The notes under the pieces: model-generated
What the model was told of the DNA's origin: nothing
Databases searched by the model: none
What the model saw: only the letters and a program-made list of their open reading frames with translations
Translations under genes and position numbers: made by a program
DNA from: Eledone cirrhosa
Taxonomy: Eukaryota
Length of the DNA: 64,000 nt
Assembly: GCA_964016885.1 (NCBI GenBank)
Contig: OZ024745.1
Span: 99,758,001 to 99,822,000 of the forward strand
Reading direction: 5' to 3'
In this document: positions 1-12,760 of the stretch, one piece after another
Numbering within the stretch: the first letter of the stretch is position 1
How the letters are laid out: every line of letters starts with the position of its first letter

Positions 1-811
1 ACACACACACACACACATATATATATGAGAGAGAGTTTTCAATTTTTAATTATGACTCCACTCCTCAGACAACACTCATTGGTTGTAGTACCATTTTTGT
101 GCAATGATTTCTCTCTCTAAAACAGAGTGAGAATGATAAAATGATTTTCATTTCACAAAGAGTTCTTTGCTTTGGCATTAAGCTTAAATTCTTTAGAATC
201 TTAAATTTAAAAAAAATCTACAAAACCATTACCAAACAAATAGGTAACAATTTGAATCTAAATGTCCTTGGAATTGGTTTCTTATATATTGAGTTATTTT
301 GTTCAACACAATGCTACCATTATTAGTATAACGTAATATGACATATTGTCATACTTTGCCATAGTGTTGTAATATAAGAATTTAATAACTATATCTTAAA
401 AAGTATGTCTTCACTAAACAATTGAAATTAACTTAATTCAGAGCAAGTTATCATTTTATGATAGCATTTTAAAAGTGGTATATGTATCAAATTTAAAGAA
501 ATAGTATACAAGTTATAAAGGCTAAATTAATTAAATATTAGGATTAATGAGTTAATCTAAAAAGACTTAAAAACACCTTCCCAGAAATATTGATACCCAT
601 ATTTATTCATCTGTGAGGGTGGTTGTTATTGTGTTGTTTTATTCACACATTAAAGAAACAGCCTAAAAAAGAGGGAAAACCATATGAAGTGGAATCTTAG
701 TGCCATTCTGAAGATATGAAAAAGAATACTCAAACTTCACAACCCCAATTATACAAGTCTAGACGGTGTGGGAGAATGATTTTGACAACGCATAGAACCC
801 CCAGACGCAAG

Positions 812-1290
812 CCATCTTGTGGATCCAGCAGAGAGAATGGAGAACATATTGCCCTGGAGGATAACAAGGAAGGTATGTTGAAATAGCCATTCCAACTTGT
901 GGGGCTCACTTCTGCAGCTGTCCAATTCTACCCAATAGTAGTGAGTAGGGAGGTTGTTCAGGGACCATGAACACTGGGTCTCCTCTGCTACAAGTTTGAT
1001 GGGAAGCCTTTTGACAGCTTGTGATTTTGCCTTGGTAGGAAACTAAAGTTGGGCCTGTTGCCAAATTCACTGGATTGCTGCTAAAGAAAGTATCACATGT
1101 TGTATCCCAAATAAGGGGCTTGCCACTGCAGGATGGGAAGATGGTGCTGCCATCTAGCATTCTACCATCCCCACAGTCAAACTCCACTGGCTTAAGCTGC
1201 AAAGGGAAGCCTGCAATGTCCAAGGCATGCTTAATGATCTCATTGAGAGTGGCACAGGCATTGTGATGGCATGACAATGAGTGAAGGTCA
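812..1290 (-). mobile_element. Decayed 3' end of a CRE-like non-LTR retrotransposon (CCHC remnant plus restriction-like endonuclease)
   Basis: Minus-strand translation HSLSC..LNEIIKHALDIAGFP..GDGRMLDGSTIFP..GKPLIWDTTC.DTF, then after frameshifts SEPHKLEWLFQHTFLVILQGNMFSILSAG. This matches the RLE pattern RH..LN.II.RAL..A..P..EP....DGKRPDG.T..P...GK.L.WD.TC.DT...QR.S.A..RGN of CRE-clade elements. Confidence 0.75.
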
Positions 1291-1294
1291 AAAA

Positions 1295-1533
1295 CTTTTG
1301 ATACCAAACTGCCTGGGACCTCTCATGCAATAGTATTTATTTTAAAGAGTTCATATTTATCTAAAACACTCCATCATAATTTCATGCAAGAACCTTTAGG
1401 TTATGTTCCAAACACGCGCTCTCTAATTTAAAAGTTAGTTATATTACTAAATCCCTTAAAATTCTTGAGTGTTTTCAAAATGATTTAAAAATAATAAGCA
1501 ATGTTTTTCATTAGAAATATGATAATAAAAGGG
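1295..1533. mobile_element. piggyBac-type MITE, family B (degenerate left end)
   Basis: Begins cttttgataccaaactg and ends aaaaggg followed by TTAA (1534-1537). Internal sequence is shared with copies near 19936, 22879, 52606 and 54470. Confidence 0.55.
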
Positions 1534-2209
1534 TTAAATAAATTTGATCAATTTAATGTTTCTTTTCTACCCATCAAGGAAATAGGTATTACAGTATACT
1601 TTTTTAACTGACTGAGTATACTTTTCCTTCAATGCTACAACACACAAATTTAAAAATCTCTGGACATTGACATAAACCATTCTTGAATAATTGAAGTTTT
1701 ACTGTTAGAAGCTGTTTATTTATTTAACCTTAGAATGTTACAACGAATGCATAAAGCCTTCCTTCAGTAAGTAACACTGTAATTGGAAATTTGCAACTTA
1801 CTATCTGTGCAATAATGCAATTCATCAGAGTGGTGATGAAATGCTTAATGTGTAAATGTTATGAGTAGATAACGTAAAGAGGAAATTAGTGGTTACACAT
1901 GATACTTAAAAAAAAAAAAATAGAAAATCGGTGAGAACTAAAGCAACAATTTTTAGAATAGAAAAAGCTTATTCAGACTAAATACAATATAGTTTTAAAT
2001 ACAATACAGTTTTTGAAGGGTAGTGGATTGGAAGAGTGAGATTGAGCGAAAAAGTTCCGAAGGTTCATATGACCAAGATCAAGATTCTACTTGTTTAGTC
2101 CTAGGTCAGTTCTATATTGCACAAAATGTCAAATTTTTAAAGATGATTTAAAGGCTGTGATTTGAAAGACTTTAATTTTTCAAATTTTTATATCATACAC
2201 TAAAGCACA

Positions 2210-2555
2210 TTCTATAAAGTATTTGATATTAGGAAGGGCATCCAGCAGTAAAGATCATAAAAGGGGAGAGAGTTCTTTTCAGTTATGTCAAGCCATGACA
2301 ACTTTCCTAGTGCTGCTATCACATGAAAATCTACTATCCAGTACATCATAATGTGGTTAATACCAAGAAGGGCATCCAGTCATAGTAATCATGCAAAAAA
2401 ACAAAAAAAAACAAAAAAAAAAAACAATGTTGAATGAATTGTGATCCCCTGAACCATTTAGGAAGGCAGTAGCTTTGATTAAGTACTGACTTCGTCAGTA
2501 ACAACCCATCCAACCCATGTCAGCATGAAAAAGTAGACATAATATGATGATGATA
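2210..2555 (+). mobile_element. Short RTE-related non-autonomous element (aggaagggcatccag motif plus RTE 3' tail)
   Basis: Two aagggcatccag motifs, then ccaacccatgtcagcatgaaaaag and a (GAT)n tail. Related copies at about 19110-19230, 24200-24445, 25700-25795, 26220-26440, 32890-33060(-), 37615-37770(-), 46550-46700(-), 47525-47680(-) and 60795-61085. Confidence 0.65.
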
Positions 2556-2854
2556 ATAATATAAGCTGGTTGAGCAATTTGAACACTTTTGCACAAATAA
2601 AGTGCTTAAACTATTCAACTAAGAATTGATTATCAGTCTTCAGTGGGCCAATTGCAAGTTCACAAAATGGCTGGTAACAAGAATAAGGTAGCATCCCTAC
2701 AACTCGAGCAGAATAAATACTAAAATGTATTTGTTCAATATGCTTGTTTCTTGCATATACACACAAACATAGTTAATGTATGTATGGTCCCGTAGCTCTG
2801 ATAGAACAGTAGGGACGCCGTATTGACATACTGCGTTTCCTATAGAGGAAGAAT

Positions 2855-2995
2855 TGACCCCAGTACTAGACTGGTACTTTTATATCGACCTCAAAAGGAT
2901 GAAAGGCAAAGTTGACCTTGATGGGATTTGAACTCAGAGAGCCGGAACGAATATCTTAAAGCATTCTATCAGACGTTCTAACGACTGCCAATTCG
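2855..2995 (-). mobile_element. tRNA-derived SINE, family 1-related (older, partial)
   Basis: Reverse complement carries ctgagttcaaatccc..aactttgcctttcatcct..gtcgata..aagtaccag. Similar degenerate copies near 35285-35445, 39400-39540, 40085-40240, 53118-53320(+) and 57600-57690. Confidence 0.7.
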
Positions 2996-3021
2996 CTGTC
3001 TATAGATAATATATACATACA

Positions 3022-3178
3022 CAATAGGCTTTCACATGGTTTCTGAATTCCAAATTCGAATCAATAGACATTGGTTTATTCAAAGCTATGTTAAAAAACG
3101 CCAGTTGAAAGAGTTGTTCAGTGAGGTAAAATCCAGGACCCAATAGTTGTGAAACTTGTTAATCACATAACCATTCCT
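3022..3178 (-). mobile_element. tRNA-derived SINE, family 2 (degenerate)
   Basis: Colinear with the SINE that hosts the 39-bp array at 45629-46380 and with degenerate copies at about 47890-48075 and 54815-54960. Confidence 0.45.
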
Positions 3179-3198
3179 ACTTCCAATACTTGTCTTAA

Positions 3199-3464
3199 CC
3201 CTTTAGTATTTACATGACTCTATATTTACTATCATATTTTCATGGTTAAGGCTTTATCTTACATAATTATCTCATATAATATCGAACCTATGAGATTTCA
3301 ATATTATTTATTTTGAGAACAATCATCATCATCATCTTCGTTTAACGTCCGTTTTCCACGCTAACATGGGTTAGACATTAGTATGAACAGCCAGTTACAG
3401 CCGGTTTGAACAGAAAGAGGTGAGAAAATTCAGGTCGGATCTAGCCAGTTTAAATGCTAAAGGT
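3199..3464 (+). mobile_element. piggyBac-type MITE, family A, interrupted by a ~55-bp RTE 3' tail (3323-3376, minus strand)
   Basis: TTAA|ccctttagtattta ... taaatgctaaaggt|TTAA. The internal catcatcatc..cgtttaacgtccgttttccacgctaacatgggtt insert is absent from other copies. Confidence 0.8.
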
Positions 3465-3759
3465 TTAAGTTCTAGTTTACAACAAGTCATAAAATCCTAG
3501 CAGCACAAGACATGTCATGCAATACACATTACAGGTCTCATAGATGAATTAAATTCAAACCTTCACATTGTTTCTAACTCCTAACACAAACAGATGGGAC
3601 TAAATTTCGAAACATTTAATGATATTTATATATAAAGATGCAGTTTATGAAATCCTAAATTCAAGAGTTTCAATCTCAATACACTACATTTTTATAATAT
3701 AACAAATTAGAAAACTAAATCAAAACACCAATTAAAAAACAAAACAAGAGTCCTCTACA

Positions 3760-3930
3760 GTCACTGAACATGCTAGAAATAACAACCAGATCTTCCTCAA
3801 ATCACATACAGCCATAAAAAAAAAATGGAAGATGTAGTCGTAAATACAGTCTGACAAAATAAAAACTGGATGGTCACGGCTGGAACATCTTCAATCAGGT
3901 TTATTTAATCAGAGCTGACCTGAGGTTTAA
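3760..3930 (-). repeat. Unclassified ~170-bp dispersed repeat (SINE-like)
   Basis: Motifs caggtcagc..tgat..cagacc..tgat..ttccagcc.tgacc and gatttgagg.agat..gct..ttctagca recur at about 10820-10975(-), 13680-13800, 15045-15210, 24870-25040 and 50600-50672(-). Confidence 0.55.
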
Positions 3931-4300
3931 CCACCAAAAAAGAAAAACCTTTCATCAGAACACTGGAATTAAACTTCAGCTCACCGAGAACTACACAGTA
4001 TATTTCAATAATTTGAAATGTAAGGTATTACTTTTTAATTTAACCAACCTGAGCACTCAGAGTACAGGAATGTAAGCAAGATACAGGCTCTGGACCCCTT
4101 GATAGCAAAATGGATGTTAAACAATGATGTTGGTAATAATGAAAACTTCAACCTTGCTGTAAAAAGTAGAGAAAGTAGTTACACCACATGTTATATCTTT
4201 CTGTGAGCAGAATTATAACAATCTTTGCAGTTGTCTTAGACTATCAAAGAAAGAATTTCCATCTTTTGTTCAGAATAAGCAATGATTTTTGGCTATTTAA

Positions 4301-4516
4301 CCCTTCGGCATTTACATTACTCTATATTTACTATTGTATTTTCGTGGTAAAGGTTTTATCACACACAATTATCTTACATAATATCGAATCTATGAGATTT
4401 TGATATTTATTGAGAACAATACCTTAACATCAGTATGAGTGGTCAGTTACAGCTGGTTTGAATAGTAAGAGATGAGAGAATTCTGGTTGGATACAGCCAG
4501 TTTAGATGCTAATGAG
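4301..4516 (+). mobile_element. piggyBac-type MITE, family A
   Basis: TTAA at 4297-4300 and 4517-4520, degenerate TIRs, internal sequence colinear with 38743-38952. Confidence 0.8.
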
Positions 4517-5786
4517 TTAAGTCTCAACTAAAATAATCAGTCTGATTACCAATATATGCTATGTTATTGAAGTCAATGTAGATTATTAATTAATCCACAT
4601 TGTCAGAATATACACTGCCTATGCAAATAATCTCTCCATGGTGAGAAGATAAGTATTCTTTCTCTGGTGTTATAGTTCACATGTGTGTAGGTCTGTCTAA
4701 CAAGCTTCATACGAAGTTGCATCTTGCACATAGTCTCAGATGTTTTAATGATAGGGTTTCCAGTCCTATCATGTCACAATTTTCTCCAGCAACAGAAGGT
4801 GCACTCAGATATGGAATGGATACTGCAAGGCATCTCATCCAATACTCTAACAATTCTGCAAATCCACTGCCTTGGACTGGTACTTTATCGATCCTGAAAG
4901 GATGACGGTCTACGAAACTAACCAGTTCAATTTCACTTTTTCTGACAAGAGATAAAATTTGTTTACTTTTTACAGCAAAGCTAAAATTGTATATTTGTTA
5001 AAAAAAAAGGACTATCATATATTTCAAATGAACTTTCTTTGTATATGTAATGAATCAACAAAGTAGCTAATAAAGTGTTCCTTATAGTTAATACATGGAG
5101 GAAAATGTTTATAAAACTAGTTACTCAAAACTTTGACAAACAAAACTTCAAATATTAAACAACAGTGTACACATACATATTCACATACACACACATACAT
5201 ACATACACACACACACATACACACACACATACATACACACATAAATCTTACACTAAATGTTAGTTGACATTTTGCTGTGTCAACAAAAACATACAAACAG
5301 AAAATTAAACAGCAGACAATAATGTCACTTAGTCACCTGACCAAAAGTTTTGGGTGGGGATTTCAAAAAGAAGGAAAGAGATGTGACTGAACAATATAAA
5401 AAGAAAAGAAAAACAGCAGAGAACAGAAAAAAATCTCCCCCTTCTACTGTAGAGATAGAACTCAGAACATACAGCTGACATCAAATAATTACATTCAGAT
5501 ATCAGTAAATATTCCCAGCTAAATTTTCCAGTAGCTGATGATAAAGGAAGGGGAGTAGAGAAGCTGAAAAATAAAAAAAAAAAAAAAAAAAAGTTTCTGC
5601 CTAGGCATGAGACATGACATCGCCTGATATAGTTAAAAAGCTCCAGAGAATCACCTGATGCAACTGCTGTTTCCTATGAAGACTCTTTGATGACATTAAT
5701 AACATAAGTGCAAATTATGAAATTTATCTGCAGATGTAAGAGGAGCTGATTTAATGAACATGAAAGAAGGATGAGGATGGGAAGGG

Positions 5787-5870
5787 GAGAGAGAGAGAGA
5801 AAGAGAGAGAGGGAGAGAGAGAGAGAGAGAGGGAGAGAGAGAGAAGAAATAGACAGAGGGAGGGAGAGAT
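5787..5870. repeat. (GA)n microsatellite
   Basis: Directly visible. Confidence 0.95.
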
Positions 5871-7149
5871 ATCACCAGATTCTTCCACCAGCCAAATGGG
5901 TAAACTATTTCATTAGTGATAAAGACACTCCTTAAAATTGTTACAGGCTTGTTATATAAAACAAAGACAATTCTGTTTGATAAATGAAGAATCTAAACTG
6001 GAATTTCAATGGAATCTAAATACAAACTAATTTTGTTCTAAAAAGTAATAGCTGTTTAATATAAAGATAAGCTTAAATAGTATGATTTAAATTTCATTTT
6101 CTAATAAGAGTTTATCACTAATTTTGTTTGAAAAATAAGCAGGAAGTATTAAATGTGAGTATTTTGTTTATTTGCTCTCGGCAATACTTTCAATTTCATT
6201 TGTGGGTGGTCAAGACTGATTAGAAATTATTTTTTAAACTAAAATACTAATAAAAAGGTGTGTGTGTGTGCATGCATGCATGCATAGATAAGTATATGTA
6301 TGCATATAGGCATCCCAGAAAAAAAATTATAATAAAGTGTACCAGAAAGTAATAAATATTCCAAAGGCAAGAAATAAAACATGCTAGCTGTGAATGTAAG
6401 AATTGTAAACAGTTAAGATTTTTAAAATGTTTATACTACTTTAGGCAAGTTTCCTGTTTGTAAGACAGGAAACTTAGTACAATGTTTACAAAAGAATAAT
6501 AGAAAGGCAAAGGGACAACTAAAAACGAAAATATCAACCAGTTTGTATGAATACCTCAGTGTAATTCTAAGTAGCACAAGTCTTTGGAAACAAAGGAGGT
6601 AGAAATAACTAAGGTAAGATAAGGCAGGGACATTGGGAGAGCTTAGTACTGAGACTATATAATTGACAAATTGTTTATTTAGTAGTTTACATTTCTAACT
6701 TCAAAAACTATCACTGTTGAAATGGTCATATATTCTTTCAGAGTTAGTATAACAGGTACCAGAAAAGATGGAGTGGCAGAAATAGCATGGCGTGTTGATC
6801 TGAATCACTTGTGGTTTTTAGTTATGTCCCTTTACATTGATTTTCTCAATATACTAACACCTACCCCACACCTACCTCACCTGGCACGTGGTCTTGTGAG
6901 ATTATGGAAGAACAAAAAAAAATTATGAAGGAGAGAATTTGACTAAGTTAGACAAAATCACAAAAATCATTAAATACATCCTCTAATTATAATAGTTAAC
7001 ACATTCACAATTTTTAAAAGCCTAAGCCTGAATGAACCCCAATACTATGACAAAACCAACAAGGGAGTCTTATGCAGTCACTCAAACTGCTAGGAATGAA
7101 AGCCAAGTCTTTCTAAAAACATATTGCACTGTCTTAAAAACAAAGTTAC

Positions 7150-7826
7150 CTATGCCACATGGAACGCAGTCAGCCTCCATCCTGTGAATGTCCATTCCCC
7201 TCTCCCCTCCATAGACATACAGGATGCCATCGTTTGCAACAAGACCTGAGGTAGGCTGGTGCACATGCTTAACCAGCACCATCACTTGCCCGCCAGGCAG
7301 AAGAGGGCAAACTGTCCAAGTATCGGTCACTCTCTGATAAGTTTGTGGTAGAGCCTGTAGAACTGGAGACTTTTGGCATTCTTGGCACCTGAATCACACC
7401 CCTGCTCACTGCTATCGGAGCACCTGAATCACACCCCCCTGCTCACTGCTACCGGAGCACCTGAATCACACCCCCCTGCTCACTGCTATCGGAGCACCTG
7501 AATCACACCCCCCTGCTCACTGCTATCGGAGCACCTGAATCACACACCCCTGCTCACTGCTATCGGAGCACCTGAATCACACACCCCTGCTCACTGCTAT
7601 CGGAGCACCTGAATCACACACCCCTGCTCACTGCTATCGGAGCACCTGAATCACACACCCCTGCTCACTGCTATCGGAGCACCTGAATCACACCCCCTGC
7701 TCACTGCTATCGGAGCAGAGTTGGCTGCCCACAGGCATGAACCCCCATGAGGTAGAGTAGCTGTTCTAGCACATCTTTCTCACCATCTTCTGGAGCAATG
7801 TATTCTCCACCATGTTAACTGGGATC
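7150..7826 (+). mobile_element. Second decayed CRE-like RLE-domain remnant, interrupted by a minisatellite
   Basis: Translates EPVELETFGILGT*ITPLLTAIGAELAAHRHEP..E*LF*HIFLTIFWSNVFST, colinear with the minus-strand remnant at 812-1000. Confidence 0.65.
7385..7714. repeat. Minisatellite, 9 x 35-37 bp (gcacctgaatcacacacccctgctcactgctatcgga)
   Basis: Units start at 7385, 7420, 7457, 7494, 7531, 7568, 7605, 7642 and 7679. No spacers. Confidence 0.97.
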
Positions 7827-8025
7827 AAAAGGTGTGTGTGTGTGTGGGGGGGGTAAGTTAATTGGAGGTGAAGGATGCTCATTCAGATGTCACCCATATA
7901 CACACACACACGCTCAACCACTTATATGTGATTTGTTAAGACAACTTGTCACCAGGAATCTAATTTATGACTTGATGATCATCACCCAAGTAATATCAAT
8001 TGATATTGAAAATATAGTTTAGTCT

Positions 8026-8165
8026 TTACATCAAATGTATTGATTTACAATTACTTTTTAACAAGAATAATTGTGCTTTCAGTTTTCTATATCCTTTATC
8101 ATATAATATCACTTCTTTCATAAAGTTTTTCTTTTTTTTTTCCAATTCAATTTCTTGACAAATGT
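8026..8165 (-). mobile_element. Possible Tc1-type transposase N-terminal HTH remnant
   Basis: KEVILYDKGYRKLKAQLFLLKSNCKSI resembles the Tc1 pattern .IV.L...G.GY.KI..QL....STV.SI. No TIR or DDE region identified. Confidence 0.3.
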
Positions 8166-9179
8166 TCAATACTTTATTCAAGTTAGCAATGCTGTTCATG
8201 CCAACTGAAACATCAAAGAACACTAGAAGTATTCCAGTTAAATGGCATTGCAACACACCACCTGTTAGCATGGGGATCAACAGATTTAAACATTCAGCTT
8301 TTGCAGTGATTGAAGTTAATTCCTTGACTACAACAAAAATCCTTATTTAAAGATTATACTGACATATTAGAATTTGACATTAAAAGAATCTCCAGCAAAT
8401 AGTTATGCACCAACCTCACCTGCCTCTCACAAATGCCTAACAATACCCACTGTCTCAATGAAAATCAGAAAGATTTCTATAAAGTTTACAAAGCTTGATT
8501 AAACCAAAGCTTCTTTTTCCTTGATGCATGAAGGGAACCTGCATTTATACATAAAACTGACTAAACCAGAATGTCAATACAAATTTAATATGGATAAAAA
8601 ATAAATGAAATGCAATATTAATAGCAAATTTGCAGTTAACTCCATGGAGTGTGATACAAATTGTTTTAATTACATTCAAATTTATGGGCTGCCTGTTTAT
8701 AAAAATTGAAATATATAGAAATGTTCGGTTACTGTCACATGACCTAAATAAACATACAAGAAAAAAAAGAAAAAGATCAAACAACAAACCCTAGTTATTT
8801 TTTCATGTTCTTTAACATTACAAAATTATGAAAACCCACATATTCCATTTTAAAAGAAATCTAGTTTTTGGTGGTTTCATTAGAGAAATCTTGAATCATT
8901 TTTAGAAATTTGTTTTTTTTTGTTTTTTTAGAAGATATCCAACATAAAGAAAAAAATTATTTAGTAAAAAGGAAGAATGTCACCCATAACTCCTGCATGC
9001 CCTCTCATTCTGATGTGATCAATGTAGTTGATGTTTAACTTGAACTTACACAGGAAGATGCTTGTATGATAAATGTGAGTAGAAAAATAATTTTAGAGGG
9101 TTGTGGTTCTAAGAAGGTATAACCAGGAAAGACTGGAAATTTGAAGATTGAAGCCATCTTCATTAACAGATTAAACCTT

Positions 9180-10110
9180 TCTTTTTCTTCTTCATGCACC
9201 TGAGAGGCTTGAGGGGCAGGGTCCTTAAACACTCCTTCTAGTGAGTCATGTCAGAAGCAACCACCTCCAACTGATCTGGCTGGATCCTCAAACGACAGAG
9301 CTAAGCTCATGGATGTTATCCAACCATCTTGCTTGGGGTCTACCCCTGGGTCTCCTGCCAGTTGGTTTTGCCCATGAAATCTGTCCAGCGATCTTTTCTG
9401 GGACATTCTAACTACATGCCAATAGTATCGGAGCTGAGATGAATCAATTCAGAGAAGTAGCAGCACTACCTGAAAACACTCACTGATCTCTGAGCTATGC
9501 ACTCTATCGAGTAACATTACAGAGGAACCAACCCTATTTTGGCCACTTGTATTTGCAATCATATTCATTTGGCCATTACCCAAGATTCCTGACCATAGTT
9601 AAGGGTTGGCACGAACACCAAATTGAAGATAGTGAATTTGGCTTTTACACCTATCTCCTTTCTTATGACCGAATGCTGAAGCTGGCTCATTACTGCACCA
9701 ATTCCAGCAATTCTTGCACTTAATTCAGCCTCCTGCCTTCCATCACTCACAAATACAACTCCGAGATAATTGAACTTCACCTACTTCATTGGAACTTCAT
9801 TTGCATGTAGAGTGCACTGTGCAGGCTTCTTTGAGAGGATGAGTGTCTCAGTTTTCGTAGCACTGATTTTCATTCCAGCCATGCAGCACTCAGCATCAAA
9901 TCTATCAAATGCAAGTCGAAGATCAAGTCAAGTAACAGCGTGTCATCTGCAAACTCCAGCCGACTGATTTCACACCTGCCAGTTGTGATACCACCTCCAA
10001 CCTGGCTGTGCATGTCAATCCTATTCATGAAAATAACAAACACGAAAGGTGACAGGACACTCTTGATGGAGTTTGAATCCCACATTGAATAGTTTCGATT
10101 TAGCACCATT
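9180..10110 (-). mobile_element. 5'-truncated decayed RTE LINE of Rex3/Expander type
   Basis: VLSPFVFVIFMNRI..EISRLEFADD, KFNYLGVVFVSDGRQEAELSARI..KAKFTIFNLVFVPTLNYGQESWVM, KPTGRRPRGRPQARWLD, ending in a gaagaagaa tail. A second 3' fragment lies at about 58525-58670 (+). Confidence 0.85.
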
Positions 10111-10128
10111 TATCTGAACACAAATAAT

Positions 10129-10313
10129 TGTTTCTACTTTAGGCACAAGGCCAGCAATTACCCAGTGCATTACTGGTACTTTATTTTATCGACCCCGTAA
10201 GGATGAAAGGCAAAGTCAACCTCGGCGGGATTTGAACTCAGATCATAAAGGGGCGTAACTATGCTGGAAAGCATGGTGTCCGACCCTCTACTGATACTGC
10301 CAATCCACCGCCC
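10129..10313 (-). mobile_element. tRNA-derived SINE, family 1, full length with TSD
   Basis: gggcggtggattggcagt head, B-box gagttcaaatccc, core gcctttcatccttacggggtcgataaaataaagtaccag. TSD tctgaacacaaataat at 10113-10128 and 10316-10331. Confidence 0.92.
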
Positions 10314-11721
10314 TGTCTGAACACAAATAATACCATGCTAGCATAGAACACTGCATATATATAAATGCAGTATTATGAAACAAATGGATATTATGATTTG
10401 GGTCCTATATCCAAGCTGTCCTATTTTATAGAAGTAAATATACAATCATTGTAAAAATTCCAAACACTTCCACTCCCAAGCATGTTAGATAAAGGATTAA
10501 TTCTATAAGGTAAAAGTGCAAACTGTTGTTTTGCTTTGCTTTCACACATTTATTTTGAACTAGCATTGTATTGATTTTCTAAAACAATTTAAGTAACTGG
10601 AAAAGAAGCTTAGTACATAATTCGAAAGGTGAAACACAGCATGGATGACGAGGGAAGAAGAGGTAGGTGCAACAAAAAGGCTTGGGTAGAGATCGTGCTC
10701 AGCTTACTTGCTTAGTGATATTTCAAATGAACACATCAGTAGATTGGCAACCAGAAAAACGTATTAGACAAATATCCAGCTAAACATTAAATCTCATGAA
10801 GAACCTTTTATGATGTAATCAGACCTGCTAGAAATAACAGCAAAATTGCCCTCAAACCATGACTCCCCAGCTTAAATAAAAACACTTGGGACAATGATAT
10901 AGCAAAAGATGGAATCCTCATGTCTTAATGCCTGAAATGCCATTGATCTACTCAACCAAGACTGGCCCAGAGTTAAACATCATTATCCAAGTTAAATTAT
11001 TCTGTTTTCTCAAAACCAAGAGAGCATGGAATCATAACCACTATTTGGCATTAGCCAGGTCTCAAATTCTATTTGGTATCAGTCTATTGAACATAAAAAT
11101 ATTAAATATTTCCATCAACAATCAAGGTGAAATCTATTTTATTACTTGCATCTCAGTGATAAATAACAATAACCTGAAGTTAGATTAATATTGACTGATA
11201 TGAATGTTATCTTTCTAAGGATTATAGATAGCACCAATAACAGCAGAAGAATTTAGTAACACTGACAGTGGTTAAAGATGGTACACTATTTTGTCAATGA
11301 TTCAAATACAGATTATAAACTAATGTCTATGTTTACAATCGAAGCAATGCTTACATTGCTTAATAGCTCTAGTTTTTTTTTACTGTCTTATCAATGCTAT
11401 CAGAAAGTAATAATCAATGTAGACACTTCCTAATCAATAAACATTTAGAATGGCATTTAATAAGCAATAAAAATATGCAAAATGAAAGGAGAAACATGTA
11501 AGGAAATAAAAGAAAGCAATGGTAAAATGGTAACTAATATGAAGATCTTTTGAATAATTTTCTTGAGTAAAGCAAGTAAAACCTAGCCTTTGAGAATATT
11601 AATATGAAAAGAAAAAGGTAGATTAATAAAATATCTTATGTTTATCTTAGTACTTTTATAATCCCAATGAAGTGATATAGCATAATAGAAACAACACTTA
11701 AATTTGCAAAAAAAAAATCAA

Positions 11722-11760
<39 letters not shown>

Positions 11761-12319
11761 GCTATCTTGATAATGTATCTATCTAAAGTATATACTTTCT
11801 TTATAAACAATTATCTAAACCTGCTTTTTTCAAATTCAGCTGTTTTCTTTATATCGCCTTTAGAAGTTGTTTATGCTCAATTAAGTACTTAGTTATTTTT
11901 AAATGTTTACCAACGGTTCCTATATAATTTAATAATTGTGCATCATGTAAGAAAAGCAAAGTCAAATTTCAATGTAACAATATCTGCTTTAACTTAATTT
12001 TTATTAATGTTACATCCTTTTTTTTTTCTTAACTGCTAGCAAGGCTAACTGAAATAGGTCGTGAAAATTCAAACAATTACATATTGTTGGAGTAATTCTT
12101 TAACAACTGGATGCCTTTTCTGCCTCAAAACATTGAAGTTGGAAAATAAAAGGGACACCCAGGAAGACAATCAAAAATGGTTACTTTGTAAAACTAACTC
12201 CTCCAAAATGAAACCATATAGAGCAGAACAATAAAATATGCCATTAGTATTAGCATTTTATTTCCTAGTATCTAGGGTAAAAAAAAATCTCCTGCTTTGA
12301 ATTACCAGGGATTTTGCAT

Positions 12320-12556
12320 CTAGAAAGTTCCCCTCTGAGGCACAAACCTGGGCAAGGTGTTTTTGTGGAAGACTAGAAACTGCTCATGCATACTAGTCTC
12401 CCCTCTCCATGCCACCTATGTTGCTCAAAGCAAAGAAATGGCTGATACAGCTTGGCACCAGTGACATTGCAAATCATTTCTACACTGAAGCAATGTGAAA
12501 TAAAGTGGCTTGTTCAAGGACAACCTCACAATTGTGAATCCAAGGCTCTAACCACT
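12320..12556 (-). mobile_element. Degenerate tRNA-derived SINE, family 3
   Basis: Minus strand begins agtggttagagccttggattcacaat (tRNA-like) and shares a cttga.caa..actttatttca..ttgc block with 18209-18463 and 50740-51060, but has a different 3' half. Confidence 0.55.
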
Positions 12557-12559
12557 TGT

Positions 12560-12760
12560 TACCGTGTTACCTACATGGCCACATTACAGCGTGGACTGTG
12601 AGTGTTTTTTGTTGTGACACCTACACGAACTCGATCTCATTTTCTCGTGCTGTTGGTGGGAGTGGGAGGATAGGGTAGGGGTAGTAGATTGGGGTGTATA
12701 TTTGGTTAAGAGGTGCCTACTGACTGTAGGTTTCGCTTTGTACATAGGCAAGGCGGGTTT
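12560..12760 (-). mobile_element. Fragment of the RTE subfamily A 3' UTR
   Basis: ggccacattacagcgtggactgtg..gtgacacctacacga and ggtgcctactgactgtagg match 48850-49040. Confidence 0.75.

Noticed and set aside
5460-5760. E-box-rich putative enhancer
   Set aside because: A few CANNTG sites are expected by chance; cannot be supported without conservation or chromatin data.
7385-7714. CRISPR-like 36-37-bp repeats
   Set aside because: Units are contiguous with no unique spacers, there are no cas genes, and the context is eukaryotic.
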